DNA of 64,000 bases from Reclinomonas americana ATCC 50394 (lineage: Eukaryota): the NCBI GenBank assembly GCA_048213135.1, contig PS015022.1, positions 128,638 to 192,637 of the forward strand, written 5' to 3'. Positions within the stretch are counted from its first letter, which is position 1, and each line of letters opens with the position of its first letter. Under the pieces are notes generated by a model. It worked only from the letters and a program-made list of their open reading frames with translations. It did not search any database and was not told the DNA's origin. The position numbers and the translations under genes are program-made. Of the stretch, positions 1-12,696 are shown piece after piece.

Positions 1-19
1 GCATGCGGTCTGCATGCAG

Positions 20-2618
20 TCAGTTTCTCGACGAGTTTCCACTTCTGTTTGGCTTCTGGAAGAAGTGGGCCGAGTTTGAGCATGATCAGGGTGGTCAGTG
101 GAGGGATATCTACGAGCGTGGCGTGAATGCCATCCCGCACTCGGTGGATCTGTGGGGATACTACTGCCAGGCGGTGGTCGACAGGGCCGAGGCCGATGCC
201 AAGGAGTTGTGTGACAAGTCCGGTTGCTGGGCTGGCACTGGCAGTGGTGGTGGTGGTGCTGACTGGTAAGTTTCTTGTGTGCAGGACGTTTGAGCGTGCG
301 GCAGCAATCGTCGGCGACGATTACCTGTCGTCGTCGTTCTGGGAAAAGTACATCATGTACGAGGCCACAAACTCGCTTCCGCGCGCGGTGGAGATTTACC
401 GACGAGTGCTGCGAGTGCCGATGCGCAACGTGTACAAGTTCCAGCAGCAGTTCGAGTCGTTGGTGGCCGACCGCTCAACGCGTGAGTTGCTGGAGCCGCT
501 GGCGTACGAGAAGCTGACGCAGAGGGCGCAGGCCGACGGTGGTGCTGGTGCGCTTGTCCGTGCCATCACTGGGTTTTTCACTGCATCGATTGCTGTGCTG
601 ATTCTGTGCATGTGTGCAGATCTGGAGGCAACCAGAAAACGTCTCTTCCTCGACGAGGAGCGGGCTGCCTTTGGCAAAACCTCTGCGGAAATCGAGAAGC
701 GCAAGGAGTTTGAAGACAAGGTTTGTTGGTGTTGCATGTTGTGACAATCGTTTTTGTTTTCTTCTGACTCCTTTGCGACAGATCAAGCCAGCCTTCTTCA
801 ATGTCGAGCCACTTGACGAGGCACAGTTGGAGAACTGGAGGCGGTATCTGGAGCTGGAGGAGAAGGAGGGAGATCACAACCGAATTGTGCTGCTGTTCGA
901 GCGCTGCGTCATTCCATGTGTGAGTCGCCTACACAGCGAGAGTATGTGTGCTTGAGAGAGGATATCAGAAGGGGTGTCTTCGTTTTCCGTCGCGCGTCCG
1001 TGGTGTGCTTGTTGCTTGTGCTCGCCGTCTTCTCCAGGGAAAAACTACTGGTGTGCCGCCCTCGCCCAGCAATGACGACGATAAGTAGCCGTGTGTGCCT
1101 GTCTCTCTAGTGCGTCTCTCGTGGCCTGTTGTGTTGTTCACTTGCTGTTGGTGTCTGTGCGCATTTTTGCGTTCCTTCTGTGTACCATTGTGCCAAGCGG
1201 GGGCCGAGACAGCTGGAACTGACACATGATACACACGGTTGGCTCAAATTCGATTGCTGTTGCTGTCTTGCTTTTTTGTGTGTGCGTGTGTTGTGTTGGT
1301 GTTGCCGCATGCATTGCTCCGTCCCGCCCCCCTGCCGCCGCTTCCATGTTTTGCCCTTGTGTTGTCGCTTGCTCGCTTGCTGTCGCTAGGCCAATTACAC
1401 CGAGTTCTGGATTCGCTACTCGCGTTACTTGGAGAGCAAGGGTGCCATTGATCAGGCTCGGGAGGTGTTGGATCGCCTGGTGAGCAAGATCCAACGTCGT
1501 CGGTACGTTGCATCTTGCACACAAAGAATGTCCGCGATATGCATGCTGAGACTGACGCTTGTATTTTTTTGATTCATCAGCCCGGCGGCGCATTTGGCAT
1601 TGGCGGCATTTGAGGAGCAGTACGGCAACATTTCTCGCGCCCGCTCCATCTATCAAGTACTGCTGTCGGAAATCGGTGAGTCATGTTCTCTGCTCGTGTG
1701 CGATCTTTCTTTGTGCTCGTTGAGTTGCTCACCCCCCACACACACAGCCGCTGGTCACGTGGAGTCGATTGTTCGCTTTGCGGCATTTGAGCGTCGTGTG
1801 GGCTCACTGGCTGCGGCGTCGAGCATCCTCGAGACCAGTGTCAGCGAGGCTGAAGTCGGCAGCAGGGCGTACGTGGCGCTGAGCTTGCGCCACGCCGTGT
1901 TTATCGAGAAGGTTTGGCGGTCATATGGCGAATTCACGGATGGAGGAGAGAAGAAATATTGACATCCGCTTCTCGTTGCAGGCCGAAGGTAATGTGGCCA
2001 AGGCGCGTTCGCTCTACCAACATTTGTTGTCGTCGGCTGCGGACAGTGTGGAGGCGTGGCTGGCGGCGTTGGCATTCGAGGCCTCGCACGGCGACGCTTC
2101 GGCGTTGTTTGAGCGTGCGCTGTCGGCGGACTCGGCGGTGGCCGGTTCCGACGATATCAAGAAGGCCGCGCTGGAGTACCAGCTGAGCCACGGCTCCAGC
2201 ATCTCGCAGCTGCGAGACGTGGAGTACAACGTTCGCTTTGGTGCTGCAGCGCGGTCGGCCAAGGTCTCTGGCAAGAAGCGCGGTCGCGAGGGCGACTCTG
2301 CTGACGGCTCCGGCCTGAAGGCCTCGAAGACCGAGGCTGGCCAGGTGGCCGCCGACGCCTCTGCCGCCGCCGGCTACGACTACAGCCAGTACGCGCAGTA
2401 CTATGTTGCGTCGTCGAGTTCGCTCGCCTGCCTCGATACTGTTGTCGCTCATTCGCCTCTCTCTCAACGCACAGCAACAATACTATGGTGCCGCCAATCC
2501 TGCTGCCGCTGCCGCTGCCGCCGCCGCCGCTGCTGCTGCTGCTGCTGCCGCTGCCGCCGGGTACCCTGCCGCCGCGCCCTCAGCTGCAGCCTACGGTGCG
2601 TACCCACCGCAGCAATAA
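20..2618 (+). CDS. PRPF39: Pre-mRNA processing factor 39 (HAT repeats, U1 snRNP), 5' end outside window, multi-exon
   Basis: Spliced translation gives FLDEFPLLFGFWKKWAEFE, IYERGVNAIPHSVDLWGYY, FERAAAIVGDDYLSSSFWEKYI, IKPAFFNVEPLDEAQLENWRRYLELEEKEGDHNRIVLLFERCVIPC|ANYTEFWIRY. The C-terminal tail is Tyr/Gln/Ala-rich. Stop TAA at 2616-2618. Confidence 0.92.
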
Positions 2619-3999
2619 TCGCGCTCCCGCACTGTTGCCAATCCCCCGTCCGTGTTTCGTTTTGGCCCCACCTCCTTTCTTTCTTTCTCTCCCTTTCTCT
2701 CGTTCTCCGATTCCGACGGGCGTCCGCATGCAATGCACACACAGAATGAAAAAAGAAAACAAACGTCAACGAGAACGTCGCAAGCGCTTTGATTAATTGG
2801 CAGAGCGCCAATTTTCTTCGTCCACGCATTTGGTCAGTGCCTCGCGCACACGCACACCCACGCACAACGTCCTTCGCTGGTGAAGTGACAACAGAGCAGC
2901 GCAGTGCAGGAGGTGGCGTGAGGAGGAGGAAGACGAAGACGGAAGAGGAGAAAGACAGGAGGTGAGCTCTCCGCACAAACTTTTATCGTCATCACTGAGA
3001 GAGAGAGAGGAGGGGAAGAGGAGGAGCGAGTGGCTGGCGAAACAATGCACACACACACACACACACAAGTGCGCACAGAGAGAGAGGAAGAGAGGAGTGA
3101 GAGTGTTCGTCGCAGACAAGCGGAAAGTTTTCAAACTCTTGTTTTGTGGATGTGACCACAGAGAGTGTGTGCATGTACACTTGAGACACAGTGAAGAGAG
3201 GCATAGTGCGTGAGAGAAGAGAGAGGGGAGAGGGAGGAGAGAGGCGCTTGCGTGCATGCGTGTCCGCGTGTCTGTGTGTGCACGCGCATCAGGGAGAATA
3301 TGAAGTTCGTGTTCGTGCATTGTAGCGCGCGTAGGGGGAGGAATGCGAGGCACACACACACACATACGCACGCACACAGGTGTCTCTTTCTCTATCTCCT
3401 CCCCGCCTCTCTCTGTGCGTGAGTGCATCTCTCATGGTGGGGGCGCCAAAGTTTCATCATGGCCAGAAACTCTGGTACAGTGTGTTTCATTGATGCGTTT
3501 CTTTTGTTTCTCTCTCTTTCTCTCCACGGCGAGGAGAAGACGCACGCAGAGAGGGAGAGAGAACAGGAGCGAGTTCGTGGCCGCATGCATGCACCGTCGT
3601 TTTTTCCTTTTTTTCAGCTGTGCGCGAAAAGGCACTTGCATGTTCTCGCAGATTCCCGTTGTGCACGCACGTTGTGTCAACGTATGCCACTCTGATGGCA
3701 AGTGTCAGAGAGCGCGACAGTGAGAGAGAGAAAGAGAGAAAGAACGCAGAGTTTTCCTGTATGTGCTAAACAACGGCCGCAATTTTCCTCACTGGGAAAC
3801 TCCATTCATCACACTCACTCACAGACACAAAGAGCGCCTTCTTTCTCTCACACACACTCAGTCTTTACTCTCCGCGCGAACACTGCAGGGAGAGCAGCAA
3901 AAAGGGAGAGTTGTGAGACACACAAAAACAGAGGGAGAGTCGCGCGCTCGTTTTTTTCTTTCTGTTTGTTTGTGTGTGTGTGTGTGTGTGTCAAACAAA

Positions 4000-6900
4000 A
4001 TGACAGAGTCACATGTGAGTGACTGGTGGGTGCGTGACGCAGCAACAGACCAAATGGGTCTTCAACCAGTGGATGTCGTGTGGATTGCGGTGTCGGGCAT
4101 TGGAGTGTTCCTCATGCAGGCGAGTCTCCACACACACACTCTCCCTCCTCTCTCTCTCTCCACACACACTGTGTGTGCTCACTCACTTTCTCTCAAACAT
4201 CAATGCACAGGCGGGCTTCTTGCTCATTGAGGCTGGTGAGTGTGTCAATCTCATTCAATGTGTTCCATTCTGCTCACTCACTCACTCTGTGTGTGTGCGC
4301 GCGCGCCAAAGGCTCTGTGCGCTTTGGTGTGGCCAGCATCACACTAAAGAACTTTATGGATGTTGCGCGCAACGCTCTTTTTTTTCGTCTACTTTTCATG
4401 CCATTCTCCTCACCGAGTCGTCGTAGTTTTGTGTGGCGACATTGATCTGGTGGGCATTCGGCTTCTCCTTGTCATATGGGCACGAGAGTGGCACGGGCGT
4501 GATTGGATGGGACTCGGGCTTGTGCTTTCGCGTGGCCGATGATAAGCTCATGTATTGGTTCTTTGGACTGGTGTTTTGTTGCGTACACACGCGCACATGT
4601 ACAACGAAGCTCGACGGGTGTACTTATATGCGCGAGTTGTGCAGGCGGAGCGGCCACAACGATTCCGTCAGGTAAAATGCAAGTTATGCATGTGTCCGCT
4701 TTGTGTGCTCACGTTTGGTTGGCCACAGGTGCCATGGCGGAGAGGACCATCTTCTTTGTGTATATCATCTACGTGGTGTTTGTCAGCGGTGTTGTGTATC
4801 CGGTCGTGGCGTACTGGGAGTGGGGGCAAACTGGTGAGTGAGAACAGTCTCCGTTTTTTGATGTGGTGACTCACTGCGTGCGTTTTGCAGGTTGGCTCAG
4901 CCGCTCCAACCTCAGGCGACCTATTCCGGGCGGCATCATTGACCTTGCGGGTGAGTCGTCGGCGTGTTGTTTCGTTTGATGGTGCGTGTTGCTGACGTCG
5001 CGCGCAGGCGACGGACCGGTGCACATTGTCGGTGGCATGTGTGGCATTGTCGGTGCGTACCTGGTGGGACCACGTCGTGGTGTTTTCGAGCCGGCCTCTG
5101 CGTCAGGCAGCAGCACAGCGCGCCAGCTCTCCTGTGCGTTGTTATATTCGAGGAGTATGTGAGTTGTTTGTGTGCTGATGGCACCGTGCAGACATGCTGG
5201 GCAAGACGAAGCGCGGACCCGAGAGCAAGCTGCTCACTCACAAACGGCTGGCGGCCATGCACGAGTCGATGAACGATGGCTCTGGCGACATTTACTTTGC
5301 ACGCACACAGTTGGTGTTCCAGGGACTCGGCACACTGATCTTGTGGTTCAGGTACTCTCATTCACTCCCCCTCCCATTCCCTCTCCCCGCTATGTGACTA
5401 ACAGCTTGTGCGTGCGTGCGTTACTTTCGCTCTGCTGTGCAGCTGGTTCTTTTTCAGTTTCGTATCGCATATGCGCAGTCACTTTTGTCCCCCGCTGCAG
5501 TACTCACCCACTGCCCTTTTGCGCCGCATCAATAGATGCCGGTTCCACATTGCGTGTGGTAAGTACAGCAACCTGTTAGCCCTCCCATGCATCTCCATTC
5601 TCACTTGCGCATGCACAGGACGCCCGAGCACCCGGCATTGTGATTGGCACGATCATCATGAACACGGCACTGTCGCCCGCGGCTGCCGGATTTGTCGGCG
5701 CCGTTATTTGCCGTCTGCAGACAGGTCGGTACCACCACGGCGAAATTTTCAACTCTTCGCTGTCGGGACTCGTGGCAATCACCAGCGGATGCGCAACGAT
5801 GAACGGCTGGGGAGCGGTAGCCACCGGCACCATTTCCAGTCTGGTGTACATTGCCGCGGTCAACTGCATTCTGAAACTGCGAATCGATGATCCGGTACGT
5901 ACGGCGAGCATTAAAGTGTGTGCCCTCCTCACACGTCGACTCACTTTTTTTCGTTCCCGTTGTAGATTCGCGCGTTTGCCGTCCACGCAGCCAATGGCGT
6001 GTGGGGCCTGATTGCCAGTGGCCTCTTTTCCGACCGAGGCTTGCTCATTCAAGGTGCGTACGCGCGCTTGTGTGCGTGTGGGTGGGTGCATTCTGTTGCA
6101 TTCGCCGACCCCACTGCCACAGCATACCCTGGTGTCACTCCCATCGCGTTCGGCACCCAGCTCGGCATCCAAGTCCTCGGTGCGCTGGCGGTGGTGTGTT
6201 GGTCCGGAGGTGCCAGTTTCCTATTTCTGTGGACGCTCCGGTACTTTTTGCCGGGACGCACGCTGGCCGATGTGTTTGTGGAGAGTGGCCACTCGTTGGA
6301 GGGCGTTGGTGCGTGACGACCCCTTATCTTTGGTGTTGCCGCCAGCAAGTAAGGACATGCTAAGCATCTCTGTATGTGCTGCAGAGCGCATCGATCCGCC
6401 ACCAGCCGGCTCGTCCATGGCTGTCGTGTTCACTGACGTTGAGGGCGCCAAGACTCTGTGGGCGGCCGATGCGTTTACCATGCGGCAAGCAAGTGACATG
6501 TACGATGAGGTGATGCCGCGCCATCTTCTTCTGTAAGTCCTTGATCTTGTGCCACCGCTCACTGATTTTTCCTGCCAGCTCTTCCAAGAACTCGTCCGCA
6601 TGCATCGTGGCTACGAAGTCAAATCAGAAGGTACGTGATTTTTTGTTTAAGCTCTGCAATCAATCCCGTAGGGTCTCACTCATGGACCTCATGTGCGTGT
6701 GCAGGCAATGCCTCGCTGGTGGTGTTCCAGTCGTGTGACAACGCCGTCAAGTGGGCTCTTGCACTACAATCGGAGCTGCTGCACATTCCGTGGCCACGGT
6801 ACATGGATATCTCCATTCCGTCCTCCTGCATTGTCTTTTCTGACGCAGCAACGTAACAGAGACTTGCTCCGCGGTCGACACACGGATCTCGTCGAGGACG

Positions 6901-7980
6901 AAGGCGGTATTATCATTGCCGGTCTGCGTGCACGCTCCGCCATTCACTACGGCATGGTGCCCGGGAAGGTGGACATGCGAACCGGTCGCATGGTCTGTCA
7001 CTCTCACCTGCTTGAGCGTCATCGTCCGCGTTTCTGACTCGGTTCTACCTCTCGCAGGACTACTTTGGCGAGATTGTGAACGAGTGTGCCAAACTGTGTG
7101 GCGCCACTCGCGGCGGCGAGATTTCGGTGACGGCCGAAGCAGTGGAATTCATCGGACATCCTGCCGGCGACCTATCGAAGCTGATGGTCAACGTGCCGCA
7201 CGTGTTGATCGAACTGGGGCCTGTGCAGTTGGATCTCGCGGTACGTTTGCGTTGCACACAAAATCGCACCCGCATAGTCCCTCATGCTCTGTTTTTTTCC
7301 CTGTATCGCAGGAGGAGCTTGATCCGCTGTTGGTATTCCAGATCTACCCGGAGGATTTGGCGAGTCGGCGCGAGCTACTGGGTCACAGTGGTGAGCATGT
7401 GGGTTCCACAGCCGACGACATGCCAACACACTCGCGGCTCGGCGACGGTCGGGCGCGATCCGCGTACACCATTGCCAGCTCGCGATCCGCACCGCTGCCG
7501 TCTGCCCGCTCCATCAACGACGTGCTGTCGACGACGTCGCCTGGTCGGTATGCCGCCGTGCCGGTGGCTCCCGCGGGGACGCAGTCGGTGTTCCGTCAAA
7601 TGTCGCGAAGGAGAACGAGCGCGCGACAAGTATTCCTGCAGGCACCGCCGGGGCCGGCGGCGGCATACGGCCTCAGCATGCACGAGTTGCGAAGCCGATC
7701 GGCTCGGTCAAGTCCGAGTGCGACCGCGCACAACGTACCCAACTCGTCAGCATCGGCTCGCGAAGCACACGCACCGGGCGATGTGATTGCAGTTCCGCGG
7801 TTACCATGGGCACCGCACCCTCTGCAAGTCAGACCACCTTCTGCCACTGGCCCACCGAGCCCGTCGACTCAGGGAGTCGCCGGCGAGGTACGAAGTCCGG
7901 CACACTCGGAGGCCGACGAGGAGCACCCATTCGAGGTACCCGACTCGCTCGCCAGACACGGTGCTGACCAAGAAGAATAA
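4000..7980 (+). CDS. Ammonium transporter (Amt/Mep) fused to a C-terminal class III adenylate-cyclase-like domain and a low-complexity tail
   Basis: Amt motifs: VFLMQ|AGFLLIEAG, KNFMD, FGLVFCGAATTIPSGAMAER, YPVVAYWEWG, IIDLAG-DGPVHIVGG, LGTLILWFSWFFFNAGST, LSGLVAITSGC, LRIDDP-IRAFAVHAANGVWG. Phase-1 intron 6309-6384 joins it in frame to VVFTDVEGAKTLW...GYEVKSEGNASLVVF...GLRARSAIHYG...RMDYFGEIVNECAKL. Stop at 7978-7980. Confidence 0.88.
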
Positions 7981-8276
7981 GTAAATAAGTTGCATGGATT
8001 GTTTTTTTTCTGGCTCAAGCTTCATTCCCCTGGCTTTTTTTTCTTTGTACACCCGGACAGAACAGGAGGAATGAGGAACAAACGCACAGTGACATACATG
8101 GCTCGCACGACGGCATCACGACAGTCGGCGAGATTACAGCAAACAACGACAACAACAACAGCACACATACCAAAAGGAAAAATCAAACGAACTCACGAGA
8201 GAAATTAGTATCGACCTAAAAACACACCCATCCACAGAAAAAATGAGGAGGCAACGCAGAGGAGTTGCATCGCCCC

Positions 8277-11200
8277 TTACTCATCCCAGGCGGTGCGACC
8301 ACCAGTAATGGCGGCTGCGGCGGCGGCAGCAGCCCTTTCTTCGTTTTGCTGCAGTTGCCGCCGGACCAACGCCGACTGCGACGTTGCTGGTCGATTGGGT
8401 ACGAGCTCGACTCCCCTCGCACGGAGTGCTGCAGGCGGTGAGCTGCTGCGTTGCGCGAACATTGGCGACATTGGCGACAGCGGTGGTGAGCCTGCGAGCA
8501 GTGGTCTTGTGCCCGGGCTGTCGGCGGCACCGGTCGGCGACATGGTGGCCAGCGCCGTTGACGGTGAGGCTGCTCCGCTGCCGGCAGCACCATCGCCGGC
8601 CCCAATGGCGAGCGGAGCCGCGCGGCGGAACCGGCCGCTCACGCTGCTGTCTCCGCTTGGCGGCGTCGGTGCGCCCGTGGGTGTTGACGCCCCCGAAGCG
8701 TGACGCCAGGCGTCGACCAACGCCGCGGCCTCCTCGGGACTCAGCGGCGGTGGCACTGTGGGTGACTGCGGGCCCGACGGCGAGCCGACCATGACGCCCG
8801 ACGGCGTCAGTGGTGCGTGGCGCACCGGAGTCGATGCTCCGGAGCGCGAGTTGGCCGAAGGGGCGGCCGCTGCGGCAGTTGCCGCCGCCGCCACTGAAAC
8901 AGCGGCATGTGGTGCCGGGGACAGAGGAGTGGCGGCGCCCGAGTTCGGCACGCTGCCACTCAATGGCGAATCGACGGCGTCGGGGAGCGCAAGTAGCGGA
9001 CGACGTGCTGGCGTCTGCGGCATAACGCCAGTCCAAGGAGCATCCTCCGAGTTCGCATCGGGATCCGACGCCGCACGAGCCACGGTCGGCAGTGAGCCGG
9101 TGTCGCGTGTGAGCTTGGACTTGCCAGTCTCTGCGGCGGGACGAGGAGAGTGTGAGTGCAAATGTTTGCGAGTGGAAATCACATGCGCAAGACGCAACTC
9201 GTCGACGAAGCCGTGGAGGATTCCTCCGGCGCCACACCCAACAGCTGCTGCTGCTGCTTCTTCTTGTTGCGGTACTTGGTGACGCAGCGCACACCCAACT
9301 TCCACAGCGTGTGCACGAGCATAATGAGGCGCGGGATGGTGTTGAAGGCGATCACAAACAGAGCGCAGCCGATCAGCATGAGCGTGAGGGTGACATTCGG
9401 CGGCAGGCCCTCGTTGGCTTGCCACGTCATGATGAGGATCAGCACCGACTGCAAGACGGCCACCGACTCGTTGACCAGCTCATTAAACTCTTCGCAGCGT
9501 TCGCGGAACGGCGACAGCACAATGGCGGTGATAATGTAGGCCAGATGAGTCGCAATCACACACACACTAGACGCACGAGGAAAATATAGGTGTCAGCGTC
9601 GGTACGGAGCGACATGCAAGACAGTCCATCGCAACATTTGTGGAATGGGATTGTCGATCAGCGTGACAAGGAAGACCGCCACAAAGAACTCCTTGGCCAG
9701 CATAATGGTCACGAACCACGAGCGATCCTTATAGAGGCCCATGAAGAGACTGCCAAAGCGGAGGTTGAGGGTGGTGCCGTCCTGACGAAGCACCGTCACC
9801 TTCATCGTCGACATCAGGAGCAAGATGGCGGGGATGCCGGCCACGTAGAAAATCTGCATGGTGTTCCACAGTGAGTGAACGAGCACAAAGTGTGAATGAC
9901 AACAGAGAGAGGGGGGAAAGAACGCAACAATCATCATGACAGCACCAAACAGCGGGGCACCGCCAGGCGCGAAACCCAGGCGGTACTCGTTGGCGAGGAA
10001 CATGGAACTGGTGGCCACCGAACCATACGCGTTAAAAGTGAGGGCGATAACAGCCATCCAGCACAACTTCCACACGCGGCTGTGAAATGATAAGAAACGA
10101 GGTCAGGTGAGATTCGTGGGCATCATTTTCTGACAGGGCGACATCACCACGCAACGATCGCTCCAGCTTCTTCTCGGTGGTTGCCAGCTCCTCGTCCAGG
10201 GCACTGCGCAGGGCCGTCGACTGACTGGTCCACGCCTCGTTGCTGGAGGAGGAAGACGACGACGAGTGCAGATCAACGTCTCCGTCCGAGGGCGCCGTCT
10301 TGCCAGCGGCAGTCAGCTTCTTCAGCTCCACGTTGCGATCTTGCGGTGTGCTCGACTGTGATCGGGAAAAGGAGAGAGAGTGCATGAGTAATACGAATCA
10401 CAGAGAACCACTCCGCGCATGCACAGACAGACAAACGCACCCCTGACTGATGCGGGCTGTGGTCATTCGAATCGCCACTGGCCTGATGCTCGACGTCGGG
10501 AAGCGAATCCACGCTGGAGCGGCGCACGCTTGTCATGACTGACGACGGTCGGTTTGACGACGACCTACGTACGCAGCAGAAATCACAGGTAAGCATGCTG
10601 CCGTATCGCGAATAAGAGGGAGGGAGTCGACGCAACGGCACGGGGTGAATGGAGGAGGCGAGCTCGTTCAGGCGGCGCTTCTTGCGCCGCAGGTACCACC
10701 ACTCAATGAGGCACACGATGAGGGTAATGAACCACGCAGCACCGACAACAATCGCAAGAATTCTGCATCGTGCCAAAAATGTTAGGGAACTTCGCAGGCC
10801 AACAACTCGGTTGAGCAAGCGACGCAACTTGAGATTCTGCGAGAAGATGGCCACCGGAGCCGAAGTGTCACTGTTGTCATCGACGAGGCTTGCATCGTCA
10901 CGCGGCACAATATCGGTGCCTGACGCACGAACGCCTCGACTGCGCTGCGTGCTCCTGGTGGAGTTGTCATCTACCGCAGCGGCGGTCTTGTGAGGCGATG
11001 CAATATCGCCCACACCAAAGTTGATCCAGCTCATGCTGTCACCAAACGCCTTGGCCGTGGGATCAACGCTGCCACCAAAGGCGCTGGTTTGCACATTGAA
11101 GCGCATACCACCGGCCATGGCCTGTAACGTGGAGGAGGAGAAGTGAGACGCGTGCAAACTTCTTGTCGGTGCATCGGGCGTGCGCAACATTGAGGCCAGT

Positions 11201-12696
11201 GAGACCGGCAGCTCCTCCACCAACCATACCGCCGACCAGAGCAGCACCGAGACCCGCCGCCACAGCCGACGCAGCAACGGCGTTGGCGCCGCTGGAGATC
11301 GACTGCTGAGACACTGACGTCGGGACGTTGGCTGTGTGGAGCGAGAGAGAGAACTTGTCAGGCGACTTGCAGTGAAATAAGGCACACACACAGCGCGCAA
11401 GCGCAACTGGTAAAGCTGAAATCAGCCGTGCGGCCAGACACGCCCTGCACCACATCGTCGAGACGAATGTGGTAGATGGTGCCGGTGGTAATGTCGGTCG
11501 ACGACACCGTCCACTGCCACGTGTTGCTGTCCACGGTGGCCAAGCTCGGTCGGTAATCGGCAGAGAGCGGCGTCAGCACACGCACAAGCGTGGCCGTGGT
11601 GGTCGACGAGCGCATCAGCGACATCTTGACGCGCCCAGTGTAGGTGGCCGACCACGTAATCGACATGGTGTACGGCTGCAAAATCGGAATGTTGGCCGAC
11701 GCACGACTCGGCGCCGTCACCGTCAGCGTCGCGCGCCCACAAAAGCGGTCACGAATGGCGCCAATGAGCGACGACAACGTGCCGAGACTGCCAATCTGAT
11801 AGAACAGCGGCGGCGATTCCGACGCCATCGACTTGAGCGTGGGCACATCAATCAGAGTGCCAACGCCCACCGTCACGAGACTTGCATGCAGCGTGTCCTT
11901 GATCACCGACGCGCCCGGCAGCGGATCCGTCGACGACACACCATCAGTGATAAAGATCACAAGCTGCTGCACATTGCGCGTCGAACTCTGCAGCATAGTG
12001 GCGGCCGCGGCCAACGCTGGTCCAGCCGAGGTGCCTGCGAATACAGCAGTCACAGTCAGTGAGTCAATCAATGGACGAATGAATGAATGGTGACCATGAC
12101 CATGGCGACCGACCTCCTTGCAATTGATTGACTGCGGGGGCGCGGGCCAGCAGCTGCGACAGTGAGCCTGTCAACTCCTGCGTGACCTCGGTGGTGCTGG
12201 CAAACTGAATCCACCCATAGTTGATGCCATTGACATCGGCCGGCAGTCCATTCGCCAAGTCCGTGAAGAAGGTGCGGTAGTTGGCAAAGTCACCTGCACT
12301 GATACTCCCTGCGCGCGCGCGTGCGAAGAGAAAGAAGTGTGAATATGTATATGTGAGAAACACAAAACTAGACAAAGGCGTCATGGCATACAAAAAAGTC
12401 AGACAGTCAACGAGAGAAAAAGAGAGAGAATGACGCACGTGCACACATGCTTATGAGTGCGAGTGCGTGTGTGCGTGTGTGCGCGTGCAAAGGAAAACGC
12501 GTGAGATGACGCGCGCGCTGAAAATCGCCACTACTCTCTGCGCCCACTCACCACTTCCATCGTAAACGATCACCATGTCGGCGGTACACATGGGAGCAGC
12601 GGCATGCGCGCTCTGCACAGTCGCCAGCAACAACAACAAACACACGAGCAAACACACGAGCACACTCGGGGTCATGGCCGACCGAGAAGCAGACAT
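8277..12696 (-). CDS. Signal peptide + vWA (MIDAS) domain + Ser/Thr-rich beta domain + TRP-like (FLC/PKD2-type) multipass membrane region + disordered tail
   Basis: Hydrophobic leader, then ADMVIVYDGSG|S (DxSxS), GTSAGPAL and VIFITDG. AFGDSMSWINF and LRFGSLFMGLYKDRSWF resemble TRP-like family motifs. About 7-8 hydrophobic segments. Stop at 8277-8279. Confidence 0.7.

Noticed and set aside
3430-3480. PEFLAMM resembling a calmodulin EF-hand helix; nearby TGATGA C-box-like words
   Set aside because: There is no EF-hand loop and no convincing D box or terminal stem.
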